A DNA stretch of 64,000 nt from a virus. Lineage: Duplodnaviria; Caudoviricetes. The stretch is from positions 1 to 64,000 of IMG/VR virus record IMGVR_UViG_2909979649_000007; one strand, 5' to 3'. This document shows, one piece after another, positions 1 to 10,232 of the stretch (the first letter of the stretch is position 1; every line of letters starts with the position of its first letter). The position numbers and the translations under genes were made by a program. The notes beneath the pieces were generated by a model, which ran no database searches, was not told where the DNA came from, and saw only the letters and a program-made list of their open reading frames with translations.

Positions 1-1800
1 TCATTCAGCTGTTGCATGCAGATATTCCAATTGATCATTTATCCATTTAACAGCTATTCTCTTTTCGAAACTTTTTGGTAGAGCAGAGCAGAATCCGCTA
101 ACTTCCATGATGTTCAACCTAGACATTCTCAAGTAAAATTCTAATAGCTTCGGTAAGTCATTGGGCTTCAAAATATATTGAATTGTTATTAATTTATTAT
201 ATGACCATTTGTTTACCAACAAAAATTCATTTTTGATTTGACTTAATGCGCTATATAGCCCGCCCTCAGAGTTTATTAATTGGTGTAGGTTAGGCTTTTT
301 CACTGCCAACTCTTTACCAAAAATGCAGATTCCATTATTAATAGATTGGTGCAAAAATAAAGGCGAAAGCAACTCCATTATTTGGCTAGTTATAAACAAT
401 AGGTGTAGCTGATTTTTATCGTCATTTAGGCTAATACCAAAGTCAGTATGTATATTATAATTCATTATCTTTGCATTAATATGTAGTTCACCCTCCAAAT
501 GACTTGACCACTCACTGACAAGAATAAGCAAATCGATATCTCTTGAGTGTTCTGTTTGTAGTGTGCTACCAAATAGATATATAGACTTAATTCCAATACC
601 ATTTGGAATGCACTCAATTATATCGAGAATGATGTTGTTAATTTTTTCCTTTTTAAGAGAGTAATTATATATACACTTAAGTCTTCTTATAGTTCTATTT
701 ATATCTAGTTCACTTTGACATAGTTTGCCAATAACTCTCCGTAACTCAGCATTCCATTCAGGCCAATATTTAGTTAAATACATAACTGATTTTCCAAACT
801 CTATGCTGTTTGGTTCTACAATTGAGATACATTTTGTGTAGCCTTTTAGATAATGACTAATTCCACATCGACTGCTTAGTACAACAGGAGTTCCATGGCA
901 TATAGCTTCTAGTGCAGTTAATGGTCCAGGATCATAAAAGCTGGGAATTATCAGCACATCAATATTCTGAAAGAAATTTTCTAGATTATAAACATATCCT
1001 TGATGTTCGTAAGAAATTTCATTAAATGATAGGCTCCACAGAAGTTGTTTCGCTAATGGTCCACTACCAGCAAGAAATAGTTTTGCCGTGGGCCCTAAGT
1101 ATTTCATGAAATCACATAGTAAATCACACCCTTTTTCAGATGCATATCTTCCTAAATAGCCAATACGCAATCTGTTAATTGGGGAAAAATACTGCTTGGA
1201 ATATTTTTTTATGGGAATACCTAGAGGAAGAACCTCTTTTATGCCTTGAATCGAAAAGTACAGAGTACTATCTAAAGCCGATTTTTTATCAAAGAACGTT
1301 ACGACATCAGAATTTTTTGCTGCCTCCCTTTGTAAATTTAAGGCTAAATTAAGCCCTTTCTTATCTGGCAATTCCAGAAACCCCTTTTTGAGCCTGACGT
1401 TCAGTACAGTATGTATTGTCAAAATTACTGGACAAGAATATTCTTGCCGAATTTTTTTTGCGGCCACCCAACACAACCAATCGTGACAATGAACTATAAT
1501 ACTATTTAAGGGTTGATCCAGATGATTAATAACACTCTCAAATAACGTAAAAAGCTGTTCGTTTTGTTCTATTAGGCTTTCGCTAAAATTGCTGGAGTGA
1601 CCAGAAGGTTCAGTACGATACCAACCCTCTTGAGATAGTCCACCTTTATAGTTATGAAAGCCAGGAAAACTCATAGCTAGAGGGATGTGTTTGACGGCAT
1701 TGCAAGATGATTGCGAATCGAGAAGATAACTTAACCATTTCCCTATTCCAGCTACTTTATCAGGTGGTGCTTCATGAGTTAGATGTATTGCTATTATCAT
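1..1800 (-). CDS. GT4-family glycosyltransferase fused to a C-terminal Pol-beta-type nucleotidyltransferase-like domain
   Basis: GT-B motifs HCHDW, GYLGRYASEKG and PSFYDPGPLTALEA; C-terminal IYLFGS...RDIDLLIL (GS plus DxD). The stop codon is at 1-3, so the ORF is complete. Confidence 0.8.
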   Translation of the reverse strand: MIIAIHLTHEAPPDKVAGIGKWLSYLLDSQSSCNAVKHIPLAMSFPGFHNYKGGLSQEGWYRTEPSGHSSNFSESLIEQNEQLFTLFESVINHLDQPLNSIIVHCHDWLCWVAAKKIRQEYSCPVILTIHTVLNVRLKKGFLELPDKKGLNLALNLQREAAKNSDVVTFFDKKSALDSTLYFSIQGIKEVLPLGIPIKKYSKQYFSPINRLRIGYLGRYASEKGCDLLCDFMKYLGPTAKLFLAGSGPLAKQLLWSLSFNEISYEHQGYVYNLENFFQNIDVLIIPSFYDPGPLTALEAICHGTPVVLSSRCGISHYLKGYTKCISIVEPNSIEFGKSVMYLTKYWPEWNAELRRVIGKLCQSELDINRTIRRLKCIYNYSLKKEKINNIILDIIECIPNGIGIKSIYLFGSTLQTEHSRDIDLLILVSEWSSHLEGELHINAKIMNYNIHTDFGISLNDDKNQLHLLFITSQIMELLSPLFLHQSINNGICIFGKELAVKKPNLHQLINSEGGLYSALSQIKNEFLLVNKWSYNKLITIQYILKPNDLPKLLEFYLRMSRLNIMEVSGFCSALPKSFEKRIAVKWINDQLEYLHATAE

Positions 1801-2996
1801 TAGTTATCTGACCAGTACTTATCAAGACAGCATCGTAATTTCCTATAGCTGATATCCTTTTTCTTGATTAAGTAACTAGGAATAGCTATTGATAGTGCAA
1901 TTAAAGAAGTGATAGCCTGGTCTAATATCATTAATGGCATAAAGTCTCGAAAAAACAAGTTTATAAACAGGACTACCAAAGCTCCATAAACACTGATTCG
2001 AAATATTATTTGATATAACAATTTAATAGATATGTTAGATGATAGATCAATGACTGCAAGATTTGCAAACTTGGATATTTGAAATTCCCAATTCTCTCTT
2101 GCGTTGAAATATTTCTGGTACCTAATAGCTAAGAAAGCACCAATATTGGCAACTCTCTTGCTATTTACAGAATAACTGGAAAGCGCAATCATTGCTAATA
2201 CAGCGGGCAAAGTAAATAAAAACCCAAGTAAAAAAGGTACTTCATTTGACAATGAAATTGTAATAAAGAAACCCCAGATAACTGTTGATGCAGTAACAAT
2301 CATCGATACACCGGATGCATTATTATTTTGTAACTCAGCGACTTCTCTACGTAGAGACTGATATTGTAGTTGAAGCATTTCTGGGTTAGACACAGTTTCA
2401 TTTAGTAATGTATCCTTGAATTCGGTAAGTCCATTATTGATTAAGTCACGAACATTAATGAACTTGACATTGGCTCGCGCAGCCAAATTTCTGTCTTTCG
2501 AAGAGTCTCCGACGTAAATACATTCTTCAAATGTTTTATTAATCGACTGGATAAATCGACATAGTGACTCACAGTCAATGTATTTGTTTGAATCCGAATA
2601 GATATCATCAAATGAAAAAGGAAGTGAGTTATTAGCTACTTGATTTACAATAAAGTCTTTATTTGATCTTGAGAAGATTATATTTTCACACTCCGCTATA
2701 TCAGGTATAGATAGTATCTCCTTGATGCACGGTAACAGATATGGGTTTTTGGGTTGCGCGTTATTGAATAAAATTTCAAACTCTGAATACTCTCGGCTCT
2801 CTAGATTGCTAGACTTGAGTATGTTGTATAGCCCTTGTAATGACATGGGGAGCGCTTGCTGAATGTTATGCCATGTAGTTTCTGGAACTTGGGAATACAT
2901 AGCTACTAGGGCTTCACGAATCCTTCTATTGCTATCTACCAAAGTGTTGTCGAAGTCCCAAATAATAGTTTTCATTGGGTATTCATCAAATGTCAC
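1800..2996 (-). CDS. HAD-family phosphatase fused to a multi-pass membrane domain
   Basis: DFDNT (motif I) and YVGDSSKD (motif IV), then YQSLRREV and about 4 hydrophobic segments. Stop overlaps the next start (TAATG). True start may be 2975. Confidence 0.8.
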   Translation of the reverse strand: MTFDEYPMKTIIWDFDNTLVDSNRRIREALVAMYSQVPETTWHNIQQALPMSLQGLYNILKSSNLESREYSEFEILFNNAQPKNPYLLPCIKEILSIPDIAECENIIFSRSNKDFIVNQVANNSLPFSFDDIYSDSNKYIDCESLCRFIQSINKTFEECIYVGDSSKDRNLAARANVKFINVRDLINNGLTEFKDTLLNETVSNPEMLQLQYQSLRREVAELQNNNASGVSMIVTASTVIWGFFITISLSNEVPFLLGFLFTLPAVLAMIALSSYSVNSKRVANIGAFLAIRYQKYFNARENWEFQISKFANLAVIDLSSNISIKLLYQIIFRISVYGALVVLFINLFFRDFMPLMILDQAITSLIALSIAIPSYLIKKKDISYRKLRCCLDKYWSDN

Positions 2997-3057
2997 GAGA
3001 TAGGTTGACTTAAGACATAAGACTTACATTCAGTGGTATGTCCGCTACAGTGCTTTG

Positions 3058-3867
3058 TTACAGCTCATTACCGATTCTCTTTTGCCTCTCAAGACCAAAA
3101 ATTGGTTGTCGGCGCATACTCTTACAAAAACCATCCAAACCAGGATATATATTGGCTGAATTGATATTCATTTTGTTCAGTTGTCGAAGGCCTTCAAGCC
3201 TCTGACTGGCAGGAATAATAATTTTAAGTACATAACCATTATGAATATTGTAATCATTTAAGATCTTCCCATGGCTTAAGTCTAAAGTGTTCGTAGCTAC
3301 AAATAACCCTTGTTGCGAGAGTAATCGTTGATTAGAGAATGTAGGCTCAAAAGCAAAAAGGCAAGGATCATCTTTTGAGCTAATAGGCTCAAGTATTCTT
3401 GAATAAACTTTGAGTCTATTTTTTCCGAAGTATTCATCATCATCATTACGAATGGCATCATGACTAATGCAATAAACAGAGGCATCTTCTTCACCAAACT
3501 CTAAGGCAAAGTAGAGCGCAACGTAGGGCGAAAACGAAAAATCCAACAGTCTTGTTGGGGCTCCATGGTGCTGCATCAAAGACAACCAACTTAAATGATC
3601 TTCAAATTGAGGCAAGTGATCAAGATACAAATGAGCGTTACATTTGAAACGGTCTATCATTACCTTTTCATGCTCAAACCTACTTAATCGCTTCTCATTG
3701 CCATTTTTCAATTTATGTATTAACTGAGCTTCTTCGAATGCACGATGTAATGAGCTTTCCAGAGGCCAACTCGAGTCAGACTGCCCCCTATAAATCCACT
3801 TGCGAAAATGCTTACACCTTACAAACTCATCAAATTCGCTCCAATTTCTTATGGTTTTAGTATCCAT
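3058..3867 (-). CDS. FRG-domain protein
   Basis: WIYRGQSDSSWPLESSLHR and MQHHGAPTRLLDFSFSPYVALYFA signature motifs. Confidence 0.9.
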   Translation of the reverse strand: MDTKTIRNWSEFDEFVRCKHFRKWIYRGQSDSSWPLESSLHRAFEEAQLIHKLKNGNEKRLSRFEHEKVMIDRFKCNAHLYLDHLPQFEDHLSWLSLMQHHGAPTRLLDFSFSPYVALYFALEFGEEDASVYCISHDAIRNDDDEYFGKNRLKVYSRILEPISSKDDPCLFAFEPTFSNQRLLSQQGLFVATNTLDLSHGKILNDYNIHNGYVLKIIIPASQRLEGLRQLNKMNINSANIYPGLDGFCKSMRRQPIFGLERQKRIGNEL

Positions 3868-4054
3868 CGTGATTCCTAGTTATAACCTAATTAACATTAA
3901 CTGATTAAATTCATAGTTTTTATATCCAGATTAATATTTAACTACTCTCTATAAATAGCTGATTTTTAATAGCTTCAATGAGTTTTATATTTCTATTACA
4001 CGTCTGAGTGGCCTAATATTTTGTGTCATGCTGACGCATAACTCGCTTTATACA

Positions 4055-4990
4055 TCACTTAACTAAACTGACACCTGTTGTATACCCCGAAGCACTTACC
4101 GAATGCTTTGCCTTCTTTACCACCCACCGACCATCAACGCCAATCCTTACTCCTTGAATAATCACAGGCCGTTCAGCGATTAATTCAGGATTACCCACTA
4201 CAGTTATACTTAAACTGGCTTCTGTATCATTTAATCCACTTAGTTTGGCTTTAGCACTGGCTTTGGCTGCTTCCCTGGTCGGATATACCATTTTAATAGT
4301 ATAGGTCGGTTCGCCATTACCCACCTTAACATGCTCTGTCTTACCACCTTCAGCGCTGTGATACTTAGCCATCACACTTTTATAATATTGCCTGTCAGGT
4401 GCTTTTAAACTCCATTTATTAATTTTAGAAATTGTTATAGGTGACAATTGTTTACCAGTAGCCGTTTTAGTTTTTCCTCGCTCGACAAACACTAAATGTT
4501 CCATCATCGGCTTAACAATTGCCCCATGATCTAACGCAATGCGACTTAAAAAATTAATATCAGATTCTTCTGTCTGGTCTATATGATCAATGACAATGGA
4601 GGTAAATACTTCTGCAATTTTAGGTTTCAAACCATTGTCATTGGCCACTGTGGTGACAATATCTACCAACTTTTTTTGATGCCATGAGCGTGATTTAGGG
4701 CTACGGAGTTGATATCGAAGGTTTGCCCCTTTAGCTTGAATGGTCATTTGGTTAGGTGGGCCAGAAAGTGACACTTCATCAATAATAAAATCACCCATAT
4801 GAATGTTCTGGATAGCGACTGATAGCCTAGTGCCTTTGGCGGGTATCGGTAAATTGCCATCATGATCAGAAAGTTTAAGGGTTACGCTATCTGACTTGAT
4901 ACCCGCTTCATCGGTAAGCTCTAGGCTGATTAGGTGGTTTTGGATGTTAATGGGGAACGATGGTATGGTGACTTGATGCTTTATAAACAT
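4055..4990 (-). CDS. Phage late control / baseplate hub protein (P2 gpD-like)
   Basis: LTDEAGIKSDSVTLKL and IDQTEESDINFLSRIA motifs; last gene of the tail operon. Confidence 0.9.
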   Translation of the reverse strand: MFIKHQVTIPSFPINIQNHLISLELTDEAGIKSDSVTLKLSDHDGNLPIPAKGTRLSVAIQNIHMGDFIIDEVSLSGPPNQMTIQAKGANLRYQLRSPKSRSWHQKKLVDIVTTVANDNGLKPKIAEVFTSIVIDHIDQTEESDINFLSRIALDHGAIVKPMMEHLVFVERGKTKTATGKQLSPITISKINKWSLKAPDRQYYKSVMAKYHSAEGGKTEHVKVGNGEPTYTIKMVYPTREAAKASAKAKLSGLNDTEASLSITVVGNPELIAERPVIIQGVRIGVDGRWVVKKAKHSVSASGYTTGVSLVK

Positions 4991-5132
4991 GGTGAATAAC
5001 TGTAAAAGAAAATACCTATATTTTTAAATTACTCTTGTAACAAAAAAGCAAATTGATTAAAATTCGTTCTTTTTTATTGGCTTAGCTTTAAGGTGCTTTA
5101 GAAGCCGAAACCTAATTTGAGTAAAAATAAAG

Positions 5133-5426
5133 ATGGAAAATATTGAGTTTGGGTTGATATATGCTATTGGTGGATCATTAATCCTTTGTTTTGTATTAAA
5201 AATATTGAAAATCGAATATAAAATTTGGCAACCTGTAGTAGCCTGCATTGCATCAGGAGTGTGTGCGGCTTTTATTCCTACTGCTGGAGCAGGACTAATT
5301 TCTTTGGGTGTTATGCTTCTCGTTTTAAAATTAGCTATAGGTGAAGACTGGGAATCTATTTGGCTCCCTGTTGTTATAACACGCCTATCTTTAGTGCCAG
5401 TATTTTTAATGTTTGGCTCTTGGTAA
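5133..5426 (+). CDS. Small 3-TM membrane protein (moron, antisense to the tail operon)
   Basis: 97 aa, almost entirely hydrophobic, AT-rich, inserted between the X and D genes. Confidence 0.6.
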   Translation: MENIEFGLIYAIGGSLILCFVLKILKIEYKIWQPVVACIASGVCAAFIPTAGAGLISLGVMLLVLKLAIGEDWESIWLPVVITRLSLVPVFLMFGSW

Positions 5427-5470
5427 TAAGAAATTAATTATCTTTATATTTTTTAAGTTGATGAAATAAA

Positions 5471-5674
5471 TTAGGACCATAAATTCTCAGACACCTGGGC
5501 TTTAAGGACAAGCTTAGGTAGTTTAATCTCAATCCCTGCAGCTAAAACTGGCCCTTGCTCCACTAACCTAGGATTGGCATCTAACACCTGCAGCACAAAG
5601 CTTTCATTACCATAATACTGCTTACAAATCCAATCCAGGGTATCACCGTCTTTGGTTCGGTAGACTGTCGCCAT
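5471..5674 (-). CDS. Tail protein X (P2 gpX, LysM-like)
   Basis: YRTKDGDTLDWICKQYYG...VLDANP motif. Confidence 0.9.
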   Translation of the reverse strand: MATVYRTKDGDTLDWICKQYYGNESFVLQVLDANPRLVEQGPVLAAGIEIKLPKLVLKAQVSENLWS

Positions 5675-6050
5675 AGTAGGTTATGCTCACACTGAATTCA
5701 ATCTTACGGCACTTGCCTTCTTTATCCGGGTAGGAACCGCTTTCACTGACTTGGGTAATACACCAGTAGCCGAGAATTTCACCAGTACCGGCTACCAGGA
5801 TAAAGGGCGCACCTGTACCCGCCAGCTCAACCATATGAAGCAGGCTATCACGACTGCCATACTGGCCAGGGTACATGGTGCCGGTTAAAGTCATGGTTCG
5901 CACGGTTTCCCCGGTATACTGCTGCTGGGGATAACCCCCGATAATAGGCTGACTAGCCCATTTAAATTGCCATTGTTGACGTAGTTGTTGGTAGCTGGCT
6001 GTTTTAATCGAGAAGATAAAATCACCCAGCTTAAGCAATGTATAACTCAT
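5643..6050 (-). CDS. Tail protein (P2 gpU-like)
   Basis: LGDFIFSIKTASYQQLRQQ...IEFSVSITYY. Confidence 0.85.
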   Translation of the reverse strand: MSYTLLKLGDFIFSIKTASYQQLRQQWQFKWASQPIIGGYPQQQYTGETVRTMTLTGTMYPGQYGSRDSLLHMVELAGTGAPFILVAGTGEILGYWCITQVSESGSYPDKEGKCRKIEFSVSITYYGDSLPNQRR

Positions 6051-8047
6051 AGAGTCGCCATATCCATGTCGTATAAAGCACTTCGCTGCCTGGCTTCAGC
6101 TTCCTGCTCGCGCTCTTCAAGTTTGGCATTAACCTGCTGAGCAATTTCTTCAGCTGACATGCCTGTTGCCCCCTGAATCGTGATCGGTGCATTGATGTGG
6201 GTGGTAGCATTCATGTTTTTTTGTTGGTTGATTTGCTGCAGCCGCCTTTCGATTTGTTTGGCATTGACGCCTTGTGTCGCTTGTATCTGGGCTCGGCGTT
6301 GTTCCATCCGTTGATTAACTTTGCCTGCAACGGTTTGCTTTTCTTCTTCGTCATCACCCGTAAACCAGCGCTTAATGCCTTTTAGTTTTTCAATGGCGGT
6401 ATTAATCCATTTAAATTTACTACGTAGCCAATTAATGGCGGGCTGCCAGATTTTCATCATTAACCCTAACGGCGAATAACTTAAAAAGCTTCTGGCAATA
6501 CCTGTTACTCCACCATCAAATGCCTTACCAATCCCATCCCATAGTTTGCTAAAAAAATCACTGATGCTATCCCAGTTAGAAACGATATAACCAAGCGGCG
6601 TGAAGTTGAGAAAGTATTTTTTAATTATTTCAAATGCATAGCTGCAAGCATTAGCAATCGAATCAAATGTATCCCCTAAAAAGGTAGAAACGGTGCTCCA
6701 GTTGGTATAAATCAACGTAGCGCCAACAGCAATAAGTTTAATGATTAAGCCAATGGGATTGGCCATCATGGCTAAGCCCACAGCTTTAATGGCTGGAATT
6801 AATGCCACTATTGCCGTTCCTGCTGCTAATACGGCACCGACTAATTTCACCCCAATTAATGCGCCTACAACAGCCGCAATATTTTTCCAGCCAATAGTGG
6901 CCTCAATAAAATGATTAATTTGACTGGCAACGGTAAATACCGTTTTACCCAGGCTCCACATAAAGCGACCCACATTCACTAAGGAATCTGCTATGTGGAT
7001 TAGCAATTGATTAAAGCGAGCACCGTATTTTTCATGAAAGGCTTTAAACTTAATCATCATTCGGGTAACCAAGGGCATAAACTTGGCCCCAATGGATGTA
7101 CTGACACTGCCAATGATTTGTTTAAAGTCTAAAAAGGCATCCTGAAAATCCTCGGCATTTTTAGCATCTTCTTTAGAAATTATATTACCAGTCGCTCTGG
7201 CGTCTTTTCTTAATGCTTCAAGGCCCGCTTTTCCGCCATTCAGCATATTCACCAGCCCAACACCCTCAGTGTCGAATAGCTTCATGGCCAGTCGTACACG
7301 ATCCGCTTTATTGGGGATATGCTTCATCGCTTCTGAGATTTGCTCAAACTGCTCTTCAGGTTTCAGTGAGTTTAACCACTTAGCATCTAGCCCTAATTCT
7401 TTGAGCGCTTTACCGGTTTTACCAATCCCGGCAGCCGCTTCCGACACCCGTCGTACCATCCGTTGGGAAGCGGTATTAAACTGTGCCGTCGATACCCCAG
7501 AGCGTTCAGCGGCATATTGATACTCTTGGAGTCCTTCAACAGTAAACCCCAATTTAGCTGCATGCTTGGCAATGGGGTCACCACGATCAGCCGTGGATTT
7601 AACCATGGCCAATAGGCCACCCGCTGCCCCGGCTAATCCACCGGCCGCCCATTTACCGGCAGTTTTTAACTGGCCAAGCCGTCTCAACCCTGATTGCTGA
7701 AGTCCTTGAAAACGAGCAGTACGCTGCAACTGTCGCTGTGTGCGGGCTAGGTTATTTAAATTCACCCCATAGCGTTGTGCAGAGCGAGAGGCCCGTGATA
7801 AGGATTGTTCGGTACGCCGAATCGCATTGGCTAACTGTTGATTACTTCCCCCGGCTTGTTGCTGTTGCCGACGTAATTGAGCCAAGCGTTGGCGATACCG
7901 ATCTACCTGTCGTACAGCGGCCAGTTTTTTATTGGTTTCCCGGTAGGCTTTACCTAATTTACTGGCAGCGGATTCGGTTTTTTTAAAGCTTTTTGCCAGC
8001 GACTTATCAATATAAGCGCCAATAGCAATATTGAGTTTATTGGCCAT
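6047..8047 (-). CDS. Tape measure protein
   Basis: 666 aa, coiled-coil N-terminus, MMANPIGL repeat-type segments, position after the chaperone. Confidence 0.9.
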   Translation of the reverse strand: MANKLNIAIGAYIDKSLAKSFKKTESAASKLGKAYRETNKKLAAVRQVDRYRQRLAQLRRQQQQAGGSNQQLANAIRRTEQSLSRASRSAQRYGVNLNNLARTQRQLQRTARFQGLQQSGLRRLGQLKTAGKWAAGGLAGAAGGLLAMVKSTADRGDPIAKHAAKLGFTVEGLQEYQYAAERSGVSTAQFNTASQRMVRRVSEAAAGIGKTGKALKELGLDAKWLNSLKPEEQFEQISEAMKHIPNKADRVRLAMKLFDTEGVGLVNMLNGGKAGLEALRKDARATGNIISKEDAKNAEDFQDAFLDFKQIIGSVSTSIGAKFMPLVTRMMIKFKAFHEKYGARFNQLLIHIADSLVNVGRFMWSLGKTVFTVASQINHFIEATIGWKNIAAVVGALIGVKLVGAVLAAGTAIVALIPAIKAVGLAMMANPIGLIIKLIAVGATLIYTNWSTVSTFLGDTFDSIANACSYAFEIIKKYFLNFTPLGYIVSNWDSISDFFSKLWDGIGKAFDGGVTGIARSFLSYSPLGLMMKIWQPAINWLRSKFKWINTAIEKLKGIKRWFTGDDEEEKQTVAGKVNQRMEQRRAQIQATQGVNAKQIERRLQQINQQKNMNATTHINAPITIQGATGMSAEEIAQQVNAKLEEREQEAEARQRSALYDMDMATL

Positions 8048-8049
8048 GA

Positions 8050-8196
8050 TTATGGTTGCTTAGGAAGGGATTGATACCAATCAAGCAAGTCGTCGAGGTC
8101 CATGTCTAACAGCTCAGACAATGGCGTACCTCGCAGGTAATAAGACAGGTTTAAACAGATTTGCTGGACCGATCGCCAGTCGAGTCTAAAAAACCC
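8050..8196 (-). other. gpE' extension reached by a -1 programmed frameshift at GGGTTTTTT
   Basis: Slippery site at 8188-8196; the -1 frame reads FFRLDWRS...LSELLDMDLDDLLDWY...stop at 8050, a P2 E'-like motif. Confidence 0.75.
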
Positions 8197-8423
8197 GCCA
8201 CCACATCATTCAAGTGTTGAAAATCAGCGGCATCTAACTCTTCTATGGTTTTAATATCCAAGCCGGATAAATCCGCAATCATATGGATACTTTGGCTAAT
8301 TTCACCGCCACCGCGTTTTTCAATATTTTTCATGTCTTTGGTTTTAGGGCGGCGTAAGGTGACTTCGTTAATGACTTCGCCATTGATTTCGATGGGGTAA
8401 TTTAATTTAATAATTTCGCTCAT
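8151..8423 (-). CDS. Tail assembly chaperone (gpE / Mu gp41-like)
   Basis: VTLRRPKTKDM...IEELDAADF. Confidence 0.85.
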   Translation of the reverse strand: MSEIIKLNYPIEINGEVINEVTLRRPKTKDMKNIEKRGGGEISQSIHMIADLSGLDIKTIEELDAADFQHLNDVVAGFLDSTGDRSSKSV

Positions 8424-8483
8424 GGTGTACCTATTGTGTTGTGTGTTTGTTTGCTTGTTAGCTGGTTGAGATAGTTGGTTTTT

Positions 8484-8987
8484 TTATAAGCCTAATAATT
8501 CACGGATAGTTTGCATGTGGTCAGTGCCTTCTACGTTACGGACATGGTTAACCACATCAATCTCATAAATCAGCTGGTTGTTAATGGTGAGTTTGTAGTA
8601 ATCCAGTTTGAGGGTGGCGGTTAAGCTGGATAATTCCGCTTGTTTCCATTCCCCAAAATCCAGTTCACTGACCAAACCACGACAGACCGCATCAATCCCT
8701 TGTTCACCCTGGCCAGGATTGCGCAGGACGCCTTTAATATTAAACGGCACCTGTTTGCCTTTTTGAAAACCAAAATGCTTAAGGACGTCGGTATTACAGT
8801 CGTCAATGGTAAAGCTCAGCTCCATGGCTTCCATCCCCAAATCCAAATGGGTTACTCCATCCATGCCGCCACCTCTAAACTCTTCAGTTTTAAGGGTAAG
8901 CTTGGGCAAGGTAATGGACTGGACCCGTCCCGCTTGGCTAGCCCCATCAATAAATAACGTGGCATAAGCGACGTGATTAGCGTGCAT
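8484..8987 (-). CDS. Major tail tube protein (P2 FII-like)
   Basis: LPKLTLKTEEFRGGGMDG and IYEIDVVNHVRNV motifs. Confidence 0.92.
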   Translation of the reverse strand: MHANHVAYATLFIDGASQAGRVQSITLPKLTLKTEEFRGGGMDGVTHLDLGMEAMELSFTIDDCNTDVLKHFGFQKGKQVPFNIKGVLRNPGQGEQGIDAVCRGLVSELDFGEWKQAELSSLTATLKLDYYKLTINNQLIYEIDVVNHVRNVEGTDHMQTIRELLGL

Positions 8988-10173
8988 TAAACACCTCCTT
9001 AAAATAATCGTCGGTTAAGGTGGCATTGAAGGTGATATGTTCCGCTGGTGCGGGGGGCGTAAAATCAAAATTAAAATACACCTTGCCATCGGCTAAAGCA
9101 TCCGGGGTATTTAATTCAGGATCAGCCCAGCAAGTGCCACCTAAAATAGCACCGATATTTTTTAACCGGCGCAGATAATTATTTACACCTTCAGTGACAT
9201 CAGCGATGTAGTTTTTCGTGATATTACGATCCACTGCCCATAGGTGTGCCCGTTGCAGTGAGTCATAAATAATTTCTGCGGTACGCACTACACTGACAAA
9301 CGCCCATTTCGGATCACCACTACAAGTCCGGTTACCCCAGAGACGGTAGCCGTCTTCTTGAATAATGGTAGTGACATCATGGCTATTTAAATAATTGGCT
9401 CGGCAGTTTTTATCCCCCAATTTAAAATCAATCGGTCGAGCCGTACCTAAAATGCCGTTAATTAATTTATTCGACGGGGAATGCCAAAAGCCATGATCGT
9501 TATCAATTTTAGCCATTAATCCCGCCACACGAGCCGAAGGGGGTTCAATGACAATGCCACCTTTACCTTCGTTTATGTCGCTATTCCAGACTTTAACCCA
9601 CGGATCGATTAGGTAAGCGTAACGCTTACCAAATACATCACGATATTTAACCGCCTCTTCACCGGTCGTATTAGGGCCATCAATGATCGCGATACCGCCT
9701 AATCGCTCTGCTACGAGCACCAACTTTTGGGCGGCGGCCTTGATATGTGAAAATTCTGGGGCAATTAAAATCCGGGGCTCGACATGGACCGTACTTTTAG
9801 CATCCAGCAACGCATACATGCCGGTATTAGGTTCACCTTGCTTACCAATAATGGCATTCAGTGCCGTATTTTCATTATCTGTGGTTTCTGGGGATACAGG
9901 CGGTTTATCGTTAACCCGAATAACCACCACCATCGCCCCAATCTGATCAAAAATACCTTGCAAGGCGGCTGGTAACGTCCCTTGCTTACCGAGTGCTTTC
10001 GCTTTTTTTAAGCTGCCGGCTAATAAAATCGGGGTGTCATAAGGAAAAACGTCGTCTTTCGCGTCGGGGGCTGTGCCGACTAAACCAATCACACTGCTTT
10101 TAACGGTACGTATGGGGCGTGGGCCGCTGTCAATTTCAACGACCTCGACGCCATGGAGAAATTCACCTGGCAT
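8977..10173 (-). CDS. Tail sheath protein (P2 FI-like)
   Basis: FLHGVEVVEI, PRILIAPEFS, RLWGNRT and DFTPPAPAEHITF motifs. Confidence 0.95.
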   Translation of the reverse strand: MPGEFLHGVEVVEIDSGPRPIRTVKSSVIGLVGTAPDAKDDVFPYDTPILLAGSLKKAKALGKQGTLPAALQGIFDQIGAMVVVIRVNDKPPVSPETTDNENTALNAIIGKQGEPNTGMYALLDAKSTVHVEPRILIAPEFSHIKAAAQKLVLVAERLGGIAIIDGPNTTGEEAVKYRDVFGKRYAYLIDPWVKVWNSDINEGKGGIVIEPPSARVAGLMAKIDNDHGFWHSPSNKLINGILGTARPIDFKLGDKNCRANYLNSHDVTTIIQEDGYRLWGNRTCSGDPKWAFVSVVRTAEIIYDSLQRAHLWAVDRNITKNYIADVTEGVNNYLRRLKNIGAILGGTCWADPELNTPDALADGKVYFNFDFTPPAPAEHITFNATLTDDYFKEVFNAR

Positions 10174-10232
10174 GGGGGTTCCTTTTTATGATTAAAGAAT
10201 GAAGTCAAAAATACAAGGTAGGGTAAATTTAT

